Source of the DNA: Anaerolineales bacterium
Lineage (GTDB): Bacteria; Chloroflexota; Anaerolineae; Anaerolineales; UBA4823
DNA length: 64,000 nucleotides
Direction: 5' to 3'
Assembly: GCA_035286585.1 (NCBI GenBank)
Contig: DATEDC010000099.1
Span: 3,068-67,067, forward strand
Shown: piece after piece, positions 26,934 through 35,612 of the stretch
Numbering within the stretch: the stretch's first letter is position 1
Layout of the letters: the number at the start of each line of letters is the position of its first letter
Notes under the pieces: generated by a model
Seen by the model: only the letters and a program-made list of their open reading frames with translations
Database searches by the model: none
Told to the model about the DNA's origin: nothing
Position numbers and translations under genes: made by a program

Positions 26934-28365
26934 GGTAGTGTATCTTTCATTCATGAAATACAAAAAGGGACTTGATCAACCTGTAAAATGTGGTTGCTAC
27001 CCCACAAGCCACAGGAGATCAAGTCATGCCGATTGTACCCATTGGGAGCCTTTTTCTGCAAGTACCCGCAAGCGATACACCAAGATTTGCACACGAATTG
27101 TGCGCTGTGCTGGAAGAGCAAATCCGACAAGTGGTTGGGCGCTGCCTGGAAGAAGCATTGGAAACCGAAGTTGAGCGATGGTTGGGGCGAAAGCGGCATG
27201 TGCGCCGACGGAAAACCAAAGGTCAGCGGGTCGAAGTACGCTGTAGCCGGTGCTTCAGTCATGAGCGGCGGCGTTTTCGGCGCAATGGGCACTACCAGCG
27301 TAGATTGGATACCCGCTGGGGACGGGTAAAGATCGACGTTCCGCAGCTGATCTGCGAGTGTGGTGGCAATGTGTGCCTTTCGTTTCGGACTTTGCGACGT
27401 GGGCAGCGCATTTGGCATGATCTGGAATGGGAAGTCCTTGTGAATTATGAGCGAGGCTTGAGCTACCGACAAATCAAAGCAGACTGGGATCAACTTCTGG
27501 GAAGTTCTGTTGGGTTACGCACGCTGAACCGACGAGTGCTGGCACTGGATAGCGACGGTTTGCCAGCCCGTCCTTGGATGAAAGGCGAGGTACCTCCTGT
27601 CGTCCGCCTGGATGGCATCTGGATTACGGTAATGTTCCCGACTGGCAAGACCCATACCGACCGGATGGGACGCAAACGCCTGGTCAAACACGCCAAGAAA
27701 GTCCCCATCCTGGCTGCACAGGGTGTCTGGCCCTTGAGCGAAAAGACCTGCTTGTTGGCCTGGGTTAGAGCGGATGGCGAAGACACTGCCAGTTGGCAGC
27801 AGTTTCTTGAACAATTGTACGAGGCTGGCCTCACCCCCAAGAACGGCTTGGCCTTGCTGGTAGCCGATGGCAGCCCTGGTTTGCTGGCTGCTCGCGAAAA
27901 TGTGTATTGGACGACCCCTTTGCAACGCTGTGTCTTTCACAAACTACGTAACCTCGCCCAAGCCCTCACCTTGCCAGCCAACCTCGATCGCCAGGCGGGA
28001 CGAGGGTATCGTACCCAATTCCTGCGCCAAGCCGCTCACATCTGGCAGGCCTCTACCGAAACCGAAGCCCGCCAGTGTTACGTCGTGTTTTCTCAGCAGT
28101 GGCAATCCGAACAACCGAAAGCCATCCGCACTTTGCAGAACGATTTTGAAGCCACCTTGACCTTCTATGCCGTTCAAGAGCAAGCCGCTGAACGCAACGA
28201 AGTCTGGCCATCTCATTTGCTACGCACCACCAGCCCTTTGGAACGCACCTTCCGGGACTTCCGTCGCCGTTATCGCCTGGCGGTCTTGTTTCACTCCGAT
28301 GCCGGCGCTAGATCTACCACCTCTCAATTGGCTGCCCGTTTTTCATGAACCAAGGATACACTAAC
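26934..28365 (+). mobile_element. IS256-family insertion sequence (1432 bp), apparently intact
   Basis: Terminal inverted repeats GGTAGTGTATCTTTCATTCATGAAA (26934-58) and the reverse complement of 28341-65, GTTAGTGTATCCTTGGTTCATGAAA, are 21/25 identical. It is flanked by the 8-bp direct repeat GATTCTTG. It carries a single Mutator/IS256-type transposase ORF that ends inside IRR. Confidence 0.85.
27026..28348 (+). CDS. IS256-family (Mutator-type) transposase
   Basis: ~440 aa from the ATG at 27026 (AGGAG 8 nt upstream). Family-typical C-terminal region: QRCVFHKLRNLAQAL ... RTTSPLERTFRDFRRR. Confidence 0.85.
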   Translation: MPIVPIGSLFLQVPASDTPRFAHELCAVLEEQIRQVVGRCLEEALETEVERWLGRKRHVRRRKTKGQRVEVRCSRCFSHERRRFRRNGHYQRRLDTRWGRVKIDVPQLICECGGNVCLSFRTLRRGQRIWHDLEWEVLVNYERGLSYRQIKADWDQLLGSSVGLRTLNRRVLALDSDGLPARPWMKGEVPPVVRLDGIWITVMFPTGKTHTDRMGRKRLVKHAKKVPILAAQGVWPLSEKTCLLAWVRADGEDTASWQQFLEQLYEAGLTPKNGLALLVADGSPGLLAARENVYWTTPLQRCVFHKLRNLAQALTLPANLDRQAGRGYRTQFLRQAAHIWQASTETEARQCYVVFSQQWQSEQPKAIRTLQNDFEATLTFYAVQEQAAERNEVWPSHLLRTTSPLERTFRDFRRRYRLAVLFHSDAGARSTTSQLAARFS

Positions 28366-28373
28366 GATTCTTG
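28366..28373. repeat. Right copy of the 8-bp target-site duplication GATTCTTG
   Basis: Identical to 26926-26933. Its last three bases are the TTG of the TTGACA -35 box. Confidence 0.8.
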
Positions 28374-28399
28374 ACATTTCCACCGCCGAAGAGTAAAAT
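28371..28399 (+). promoter_or_regulatory. Sigma-70-type promoter of the aro/tyr operon
   Basis: TTGACA (28371-76), a 17-nt spacer, then TAAAAT (28394-99). It lies 27 nt upstream of the leader ORF start. Confidence 0.55.
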
Positions 28400-28425
28400 T
28401 GCCTTCAATCAAGGACAGCTATCCG

Positions 28426-28509
28426 GTGAACAAAGTCAAGTTCGCTCGTTATTACGCTTACTACTATTATTTCGGCATCGACTCTTCGACTGCCGTTGGT
28501 AGCGTTTAA
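28426..28509 (+). CDS. Candidate 27-aa leader peptide rich in Tyr/Phe (MNKVKFARYYAYYYYFGIDSSTAVGSV)
   Basis: GTG start with AAGGA 10 nt upstream. Codons 28450-28473 read Y Y A Y Y Y Y F. The ORF is followed by an intrinsic terminator and then the aromatic amino acid operon. Confidence 0.55.
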   Translation: MNKVKFARYYAYYYYFGIDSSTAVGSV

Positions 28510-28531
28510 GCGAGCGAAAGCATCTCTTAAC

Positions 28532-28563
28532 AAAAACGCGAGGCTAACGGCCTCGCGTTTTTT
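28532..28563 (+). terminator. Intrinsic terminator (attenuator) between the leader ORF and aroH
   Basis: 8-bp stem CGCGAGGC (28537-44) / GCCTCGCG (28550-57) with a 5-nt loop. An A5 run upstream can extend the stem against the T6 run (28558-63). It sits 33 nt before the aroH ATG. Confidence 0.65.
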
Positions 28564-28595
28564 GCGTTATATGAGTATATTGAGAGGAGGTATAT

Positions 28596-28967
28596 ATGCC
28601 GGTACGCGGTGTACGTGGCGCCACCACCTGTGAGATGGACATACCTGAGGCGATTTACTCCGCCACAGGCGAGCTGCTGCAAGCCATCCTCGATGCCAAC
28701 CTGCAGATGCGACCCGAAGACCTGGCCAGCGCGATATTCACCGTAAGCGATGATCTGGCTTCAGCCTATCCGGCGCGCGCAGCCCGCGATCTGGGCTGGG
28801 AAATGGTACCTTTGCTGTGCGCTCGGGAAATTCCCGTTCCGGGCAGCCTGCCGCGCTGCGTGCGCGTATTGCTGCACTGGAATACCGACCTGCCTCAATC
28901 GGCTATCCGCCATGTGTATCTGGGTCTGGCTGCCAAGCTGCGCCAAGATTTGAGCTCGCTGAGCTGA
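28596..28967 (+). CDS. aroH: Chorismate mutase, AroH (monofunctional trimeric) type
   Basis: MPVRGVRGATT..., 123 aa, colinear with B. subtilis-type AroH. GAGGAGG RBS. Confidence 0.85.
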   Translation: MPVRGVRGATTCEMDIPEAIYSATGELLQAILDANLQMRPEDLASAIFTVSDDLASAYPARAARDLGWEMVPLLCAREIPVPGSLPRCVRVLLHWNTDLPQSAIRHVYLGLAAKLRQDLSSLS

Positions 28968-29072
28968 CAGGCCGTCGATAAGGGCTGGGCAACTGGAGGC
29001 AAACATTTGCTACGCTTTTTGTCGCGCCTTGCTGGCCCTGTCATTCATATTTTTGCCAAGGAGAAAACTACC

Positions 29073-30122
29073 ATGATGATTATTATGCGTACCAACGCCA
29101 CCCCGGAGCAGATCGAAGAGGTGGTCAAGATCGTCCAGGCAAACGGATTGCGCGCTCACCTGTCTACCGGCGACGAGCGCACGGTGATTGGCGCCATTGG
29201 GGATGGACGCCCGGTGCAGAAAGATCAATTCTTCCATTTGCCGGGCGTGGATCGGGTTGTGCCCATTACCCGGCCATACAAGCTTGCCTCCCGCGAGTTC
29301 AAGGAAGCAAACACCGTATTTACTTTAGATGGCGTGACGGTCGGCGGGAATAGTATCGTGATCATCGCCGGTCCGTGCTCGGTGGAAAGCCGGAGCCAGC
29401 TCCTGGAGACAGCCCACGCGGTGCGCGAAGCCGGCGCGCACGCACTGCGCGGGGGCGCTTTCAAGCCGCGCACCTCCCCCTATTCATTTCAAGGCCTGGG
29501 AGAGGTCGCCCTGGAGATCCTGGCCGAAGCGCGCCAGGAAACTGGCCTGCCGATTGTGACTGAAGTGATGGCGATCGAGCAGATCCCCTTGCTGCTGCGC
29601 TATGCCGACGTGCTCCAGATTGGCGCCCGCAACATGCAAAATTACTCCTTGTTGCACGCTGCCGGAGAGAGCCAGCATCCGGTTCTGCTGAAGCGCGGTA
29701 TGTCGGCCACGGTAGAAGAGCTGCTCATGGCAGCCGAGTATATCCTCTCGCATGGCAATCGCCGGGTGATCCTGTGCGAGCGCGGCATCCGCACCTTCGA
29801 GACTACCACGCGCAATACGACCGATATCAATGCCATCCCGGTGTTGAAATCCTTGACCCACCTGCCCGTCCTGCTCGACCCCAGCCACAGCACCGGTTAT
29901 TGGGAGTTTGTCACCGCCATTGCCCGAGCCGGAATTGCCGCCGGCGCGGATGGCTTGCTGGTAGAGGTTCATCCGGACCCGGCTGCGGCTTACTCGGATG
30001 GGGGCCAGTCGCTCAAACCCGAGCGTTTTGCAGAACTGGTGCGCCAGGTCCGCCAGATCGCCCAGGCTGTTGGCCGCAGTGCAGCGCCGACTGTTGAAGC
30101 TGATAAAATTCAGGCTGGCTGA
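29073..30122 (+). CDS. 3-deoxy-7-phosphoheptulonate (DAHP) synthase, type I-beta with an N-terminal ferredoxin-like regulatory domain
   Basis: The N-terminal ~70 aa FL/ACT-like domain ([26 protein letters not shown]) is as in Thermotoga-type DAHPS. Catalytic barrel motifs are [24 protein letters not shown] and DPSH. The ATG at 29073 has an AGGAG RBS. Confidence 0.9.
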   Translation: MMIIMRTNATPEQIEEVVKIVQANGLRAHLSTGDERTVIGAIGDGRPVQKDQFFHLPGVDRVVPITRPYKLASREFKEANTVFTLDGVTVGGNSIVIIAGPCSVESRSQLLETAHAVREAGAHALRGGAFKPRTSPYSFQGLGEVALEILAEARQETGLPIVTEVMAIEQIPLLLRYADVLQIGARNMQNYSLLHAAGESQHPVLLKRGMSATVEELLMAAEYILSHGNRRVILCERGIRTFETTTRNTTDINAIPVLKSLTHLPVLLDPSHSTGYWEFVTAIARAGIAAGADGLLVEVHPDPAAAYSDGGQSLKPERFAELVRQVRQIAQAVGRSAAPTVEADKIQAG

Positions 30123-30997
30123 TGGAAAAACCAAGCGACCTGTCTTCCGTTACCATTGCCATCCTGGGCCTGGGCTTGATGGGGGGCTCGCTTGCCAGGG
30201 CACTGAAAGGCCGCTGCAGGAGGCTCCTGGCTTACGATCCTGACCCCGCAACCCTGGAGCTGGCCCGAGGCGAGCACATCGTCGATCGGGTTGCTTCCGA
30301 GCCGGGGGAAATTCTGCCTGACGCCGACCTGATCATCCTGGCCGCCCCGGTGCGGGCAATTATCACCCTGATCCAGCAATTGCCCGCCTGGCACCCCGGC
30401 GAGCCGGTAGTGATCGATCTGGGCTCCACCAAGGTCCAGGTTTGCCAGGCGCTGGCTGGATTGCCGGGGCGTTTCGATCCGCTTGGCGGGCACCCGATGT
30501 GCGGCAAGTCTGCCCATGGATTGGCGAACGCTGAAGCTGACCTGTTCCGCTACGCACCTTTTGCCTTCACGCCTCTGCCGCGCAGCGGCGAGCGCGCCCG
30601 AACCCTGGCGGTTCAGCTCGCGGAGGCGATCGGCGCTCGACCTCTCTGGCTTGACGCTGAGACGCACGACCGCTGGGTAGCCGCCACCAGCCATGCACCG
30701 TATCTGCTGGCTTGCGCCTTGACCCTGGCCACACCCAGAGAAGCCGCTCCATTGGTGGGACCGGGTTTTCGCAGCGCCAGCCGCCTGGCTGGCAGCTCGG
30801 CGATAATGATGGGCGACATCCTGCGCACCAACCGGGAGAACGTGCTCCTGGCATGCAGCCGGATCAAGGCTGAGCTGAAGGACATCGAGAGATTATTGTT
30901 CGAGGAGGATTACCCCGCCCTGATGAAATTATTGGAGGAGGTTGCAGCATACCGCCAGGCCATGGCAGAGGCTCCCATCCAGGAGACTGGACCATGA
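30122..30997 (+). CDS. tyrA: Prephenate (or arogenate) dehydrogenase
   Basis: NAD motif IAILGLGLMGGSLARAL and catalytic region GGHPMCG. Its start overlaps the DAHPS stop (TGATG). Confidence 0.85.
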   Translation: MEKPSDLSSVTIAILGLGLMGGSLARALKGRCRRLLAYDPDPATLELARGEHIVDRVASEPGEILPDADLIILAAPVRAIITLIQQLPAWHPGEPVVIDLGSTKVQVCQALAGLPGRFDPLGGHPMCGKSAHGLANAEADLFRYAPFAFTPLPRSGERARTLAVQLAEAIGARPLWLDAETHDRWVAATSHAPYLLACALTLATPREAAPLVGPGFRSASRLAGSSAIMMGDILRTNRENVLLACSRIKAELKDIERLLFEEDYPALMKLLEEVAAYRQAMAEAPIQETGP

Positions 30998-32349
30998 GGC
31001 TGACCGTGCAGCCTGGAAATCCTCTACGTGGGGAGATTACTCCTCCAGGTGACAAATCGATTTCACATCGGGCGGCTTTGATTGCCGCCCTGGCAGCAGG
31101 GGAAAGCCGGCTGGGCAATTTTCTGCTCGCTGGCGTCACCCGGTCCATGCTGGACGCCCTAACCGCTCTGGGTGTAACCTGGGAGCTTGACGGTGCCACA
31201 CTGAGCGTTCAGGGAGTGGGCCTGACTGGCTTGCGACCGCCTTCTGCTCCAATTGATTGCGGCCATTCAGCGACAACCATGCGCCTGCTGGCAGGCGCCC
31301 TGGCGGCCGCAGGGATTCCCGCGGTTTTGGACGGCTCGCCTGGCCTGCGCCGCCGCCCGATGGAGCGGATTATCGAGCCGCTGCGCAAGATGGGCGTCCC
31401 GGTCAGCGCAGAAAATGGAAGAGCTCCGCTCGTTTTCAGCCGCCGGGAGGCGCCGCTCGAACCACTGGAATATGCCCTGCCGGTCCCCAGCGCCCAGGTC
31501 AAATCCTGCCTCTTGCTGGCGGGGCTGGCTGCCGGCGGCTCGACTACCCTGACCGAACCCGGACCTTCCCGCGATCACACCGAACGCATGCTCCACAGCC
31601 TGGGCGTAAACGTGGTAAGCGCGAAGCGCAGCGGCAGCCTGAGCTACACGACATGCCTGGCGCCGCCTCGCCCATTCTCCCTTCCGCCTCTGAAGTTTAC
31701 ACTGCCGGGAGATATCTCCGCTGCGGCTTTCCTGATCGTGGCTGCCTTGATCACCCCAGGATCGCAGTTATTGCTGAGAGATGTCCTGCTCAATCCGACC
31801 CGCACCGGCTTTCTGGATGCCCTGCTGGCGATGGGGGCTGACCTGCGCATCTCCCCGGCAGGTGAGCGCCAGGGCGAGCCGCTGGGAGACATCCTCGTGC
31901 TCGCCTCGCCGCTGCGGGCAACGCATGTTTCGGGCTCCCTGGTGGTGCGCATGATCGATGAGTTCCCCGCACTTGCAGTAGCCGCAGCCTGCGCCCGCGG
32001 CCAGACCGTCGTTTCAGACGCCCAGGAATTGCGTTATAAAGAATCTGACCGCATCAACGCCATCTGCACTGAGCTGCAGCTCCTGGGCGTTCGCGCCCAG
32101 GAAACGCCGGATGGGTTCACGATATCTGGCGGGGGCTCCTCTCAGGGCGAGTCCTCGGGACGAGCCTTGCGGGGAGGCGAGGTCGCTTCGCACGGTGATC
32201 ACCGCCTGGCAATGGCGCTGGCCGTCGCCGGGCTGGCGAGCTCGGAGCCGGTGACTGTGCAATCGGCGGAGATCCTGTCCGAATCTTTTCCGGATTTCCC
32301 CGCGGCATTGAAATCTCTCGGAGCGCAGGTGCAGGTTGAACATGGGTGA
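30994..32349 (+). CDS. aroA: 3-phosphoshikimate 1-carboxyvinyltransferase (EPSP synthase)
   Basis: PGDKSISHRA, LPGDISAAAFL, KESDRI and DHRLAMA motifs. ATGA overlap with tyrA. Confidence 0.9.
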   Translation: MRLTVQPGNPLRGEITPPGDKSISHRAALIAALAAGESRLGNFLLAGVTRSMLDALTALGVTWELDGATLSVQGVGLTGLRPPSAPIDCGHSATTMRLLAGALAAAGIPAVLDGSPGLRRRPMERIIEPLRKMGVPVSAENGRAPLVFSRREAPLEPLEYALPVPSAQVKSCLLLAGLAAGGSTTLTEPGPSRDHTERMLHSLGVNVVSAKRSGSLSYTTCLAPPRPFSLPPLKFTLPGDISAAAFLIVAALITPGSQLLLRDVLLNPTRTGFLDALLAMGADLRISPAGERQGEPLGDILVLASPLRATHVSGSLVVRMIDEFPALAVAAACARGQTVVSDAQELRYKESDRINAICTELQLLGVRAQETPDGFTISGGGSSQGESSGRALRGGEVASHGDHRLAMALAVAGLASSEPVTVQSAEILSESFPDFPAALKSLGAQVQVEHG

Positions 32350-33238
32350 AGCCTCCCCAAAATTCTGGCAAATGGGCTTGCTGGGCTATCCCCTGGGGCA
32401 CAGCCTCTCGCCGCGGCTGCATGACTCAGCTTTGCAGGCTGCCGGGCTGGCAGGGGAATACCGCCTGCATGCGCTGCCGCCGGATGCGCCTGTTGAATTG
32501 GAGAGGCTGCTCGACCGGGTTCGCAGGGGCGAAATAGACGGCTTGAACGTAACTATCCCCTACAAACAAATTGTCCTGCCTGACCTGGATGAGCTCACGC
32601 CGGCCGCGGGCGCCATCGGGGCGGTAAACACCATTTACGCCCGCCAGGGCTTACTGGTAGGGGATAACACAGATGCGCCCGGTTTTTTGGCTGACCTGGG
32701 GCGCGTGACGGGATGGTCCCTGGCTGATCTGCGCCCGGCGGGGAGGGTACTACCTACTGCTCTGCTCCTAGGCGCTGGCGGCTCAGCCCGGGCGGTGGCT
32801 TATGCGTTGGGCACCGCCGGCTGGCATGTTTGGGTGGCTGCCCGCCGCCTGGAGCAAGCCCGCGAGCTCACCACCAGCCTGCGCAAGCGAATCTCTGCGC
32901 CCATCCATCACCTGACCCTGGCGAGTCTGCCGGTCTTGTTCAACGCAGTCGCGCCAAAATTCGACCTGCTGGTCAACACCACACCGCTAGGCATGGCGCC
33001 TGAGGTCGCCGCTTCACCCTGGCCGGAACGACTGGAATTTCCACTTGGCGCATTTGTTTACGATCTGGTGTACAATCCACCCGAAACCGCCTTGCTGCGA
33101 GCGGCGCGTGGCGCAGGACTGTCGGCTGCGAACGGACTGGGCATGCTGGTCGAACAGGCAGCCCTGTCTTTCGAACGCTGGACAGGCTGCGTCGCCTCGC
33201 GAGCAGCCATGTACCGGGCGGTTAGCTCAGAATTCTAA
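32342..33238 (+). CDS. aroE: Shikimate 5-dehydrogenase
   Basis: LLGYPLGHSLSPRLHD, GLNVTIPYK, NTD and LLLGAGGSARAV motifs. The start is uncertain among TTG 32336, ATG 32342 and a later ATG. Confidence 0.85.
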   Translation: MGEASPKFWQMGLLGYPLGHSLSPRLHDSALQAAGLAGEYRLHALPPDAPVELERLLDRVRRGEIDGLNVTIPYKQIVLPDLDELTPAAGAIGAVNTIYARQGLLVGDNTDAPGFLADLGRVTGWSLADLRPAGRVLPTALLLGAGGSARAVAYALGTAGWHVWVAARRLEQARELTTSLRKRISAPIHHLTLASLPVLFNAVAPKFDLLVNTTPLGMAPEVAASPWPERLEFPLGAFVYDLVYNPPETALLRAARGAGLSAANGLGMLVEQAALSFERWTGCVASRAAMYRAVSSEF

Positions 33239-33250
33239 GCGGAGTCGTCG

Positions 33251-34435
33251 ATGCTTTCCCCTGCTCGCCGCCTGGAGCGCTCATCCACGCAGTTCTTCGC
33301 CTCGCTCAACCAGCAGGTAGCCAGGCTCCAGTCCACCGGGAAGGAGGTCATCCGCCTGGACGTGGGCTCACCAGACCTGCCGCCCGCTGCTCACATTATC
33401 CAGGCTCTGGCGCAGGCTGCCTCCCGTCCGGACCGGCATGGCTACCAATCCCACAACGCCACGCCCGCCCTGCGGGCTGCCTGGGCGGGGATGTATCTGC
33501 GCCTGTATGGGGTGGAGCTGGATCCTGAGGCCCAGGTCGTCCCGCTTTTAGGCTCCAAGGAGGGCATCTTTCATCTGTCCCTGGCGCTGGTGGAGGAGGG
33601 AGAGTTCGTCTTGATCCCCGATCCCGGCTACCTGACCTACACCCAGGGCGCCCTGCTGAGCGGTGGAGCGCCGTACTACCTGCCCCTCACCCCCGAGCGC
33701 GGATTTTTACCTGACCTGGCGGGGATTCCGCCGGAGGTTGCCCGCCGCGCCCGGCTGCTGTGGTTAAATTACCCCAACAACCCCACCGCGGCGATAGCGC
33801 CGCCAGAGTTCTTTGTCGAGGCGGTTGAGTTTGCCAGAAGGTACGATCTGCTGGTCTGTCACGATGCAGCCTATGCACAGGTCGCTTTCGACGGCTACCG
33901 ACCTCCCAGCCTGTTAGAGGTCCCAGGTGCAGAGGAGATCGCAATCGAGTTCAACACCCTGTCCAAATCACACAACATGGCGGGCTGGCGGGTAGGCGCT
34001 GCCCTGGGCAACCCTGAAGCGCTGCGCCTGCTTTACAAGGTCAAGACGAACGCCGACAGCGGGCATTTTTTGCCGATCCTGGAGGCTGCCACGGCTGCGC
34101 TGAGCGGAGACCAGAGCTGGCTGGAAGAGCGCAACGAGATCTACAGCCGGCGGCGCGACCTGCTGGTCGCCGGCCTGCGCCGCCTGGGATTCGCGGTGGA
34201 GAGCCCGCGAGCCTCTCTCTACGTCTGGTGCCCGGTCCCTGATGGGTGGAGTTCCAGCGAGTTCGCAGCCGCTTTGCTCGAGGAGGCGTATGTCAGCCTT
34301 ACGCCAGGCGTAGTTTTTGGACCAGGCGGCGAAGGGTTTGTGCGCATCACCCTGACCCAGACGGAAGAGCGCCTGGCGGTAGCCCTGCAGCGCCTGGAGA
34401 ACTGGATTTCGAAGGGAGGTCAGCGTGCCGCTTAG
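33251..34435 (+). CDS. Class I/II PLP-dependent aminotransferase (candidate aromatic/prephenate aminotransferase)
   Basis: NYPNNPTAA and the FNTLSKSHNMAGWRVG PLP-lysine motif. It is embedded in the aro/tyr operon. Confidence 0.8.
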   Translation: MLSPARRLERSSTQFFASLNQQVARLQSTGKEVIRLDVGSPDLPPAAHIIQALAQAASRPDRHGYQSHNATPALRAAWAGMYLRLYGVELDPEAQVVPLLGSKEGIFHLSLALVEEGEFVLIPDPGYLTYTQGALLSGGAPYYLPLTPERGFLPDLAGIPPEVARRARLLWLNYPNNPTAAIAPPEFFVEAVEFARRYDLLVCHDAAYAQVAFDGYRPPSLLEVPGAEEIAIEFNTLSKSHNMAGWRVGAALGNPEALRLLYKVKTNADSGHFLPILEAATAALSGDQSWLEERNEIYSRRRDLLVAGLRRLGFAVESPRASLYVWCPVPDGWSSSEFAAALLEEAYVSLTPGVVFGPGGEGFVRITLTQTEERLAVALQRLENWISKGGQRAA

Positions 34436-35612
34436 ATTTCTCACCGCAGGCGAATCTCATGGACCTGCCCTGACGGCGATCCTGGAAGGTTTGCCGGCAG
34501 GATTAACCGTCAAAGCTGAGCAGATCGATGCCGAGCTCGCCCGCCGCCAGCGAGGTTACGGCGCCGGGCCACGGATGAAAATCGAGCAGGATCGGGCGCG
34601 CATCCTGGCGGGCGTCATGCAGGGAGTGACTACTGGCTCCCCTCTGGCTTTACGAATCGAAAACCGCGATCACGCAAGATGGCGCGGACGGGCAATCGAG
34701 CCTCTCACCATTCCGCGACCAGGCCACGCCGACCTTACCGGAGCGTTGAAATATGGCTACCGCGATCTCCGTCCCGCCCTGGAGCGCGCCTCCGCCCGTG
34801 AGACCGCAGCCCGTGTGGCGGTCGGCGCGGTTTGCAAGCAACTGCTCGCTCAATTTGACATGCAAATCGGCGGCTACGTGGTAGCGATTGGCGAGATCGA
34901 GGCCGACCTGGAGTCTCTATCCCTGGTCGAGCGCCTGGAGCGGTCTGAGGAATCGGAGGTGCGCTGCCCGGACGCTCAGGCTGCCCAGGCGATGCGCCAG
35001 CGCATCGAGGAGATCATCCGCCTGCGTGACACGCTTGGGGGGGTGCTCGAGATCGTCGCGCTGGGCGTGCCGCCGGGGTTGGGGTCGTACATGCATTGGG
35101 ACCGCCGCCTGGAGACGCGCCTGGGCGCGGCCGTGCTGAGCGTGCCGGCGATCAAGGGCGTGGAGATCGGGCCGGCGTTCCGAAACGCCCGCCTGCCCGG
35201 CACGCAGGTCCAGGATGCCATCCGGTTGGAAAGGGGAGAGCTGACTCGCGAGAGCAACCGCGCCGGAGGAGTGGAAGGGGGTATTACCAACGGGCAGCCA
35301 CTGCTGATCCGGGCGGCGATGAAACCCATCGCCACCACGCTCACGCCGCAGAAATCCGTCGATCTGGCGCAAGGCCGCCGGGTTGACACCCAGTACGAGC
35401 GGTCGGACTTTTGCCCGGTGCCGCGGGCGGTGCCTATTTTAGAAGCGGTGATTGCCTTTGTGCTTGCCGACGCCCTGCTTGAAAAACTCGGCGGCGATTC
35501 GCTGGATGAGATGCTGCCGCGCTTTTCTGCGCTGCGCCGCGCCCGCCTATCCGACCTGCCGATGGACGATATTGCGCACACATTTTGGCCTGAAGAAGCG
35601 GATGATGACTGA
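34425..35612 (+). CDS. aroC: Chorismate synthase
   Basis: LRFLTAGESHGPAL, GRSSARETAARVA-like (ERASARETAARVA) and GGISNG-like (EGGITNG) motifs. GTG start with GGGAGG upstream. Confidence 0.9.
   Translation: MPLRFLTAGESHGPALTAILEGLPAGLTVKAEQIDAELARRQRGYGAGPRMKIEQDRARILAGVMQGVTTGSPLALRIENRDHARWRGRAIEPLTIPRPGHADLTGALKYGYRDLRPALERASARETAARVAVGAVCKQLLAQFDMQIGGYVVAIGEIEADLESLSLVERLERSEESEVRCPDAQAAQAMRQRIEEIIRLRDTLGGVLEIVALGVPPGLGSYMHWDRRLETRLGAAVLSVPAIKGVEIGPAFRNARLPGTQVQDAIRLERGELTRESNRAGGVEGGITNGQPLLIRAAMKPIATTLTPQKSVDLAQGRRVDTQYERSDFCPVPRAVPILEAVIAFVLADALLEKLGGDSLDEMLPRFSALRRARLSDLPMDDIAHTFWPEEADDD

Noticed and set aside
35452-35601. N-terminal 50-codon extension of the aroK/aroB ORF given by the ORF track
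   Set aside because: The extension overlaps the last 160 nt of aroC in another frame and has no shikimate kinase homology. The kinase P-loop region begins right after the ATG pair at 35602/35605.
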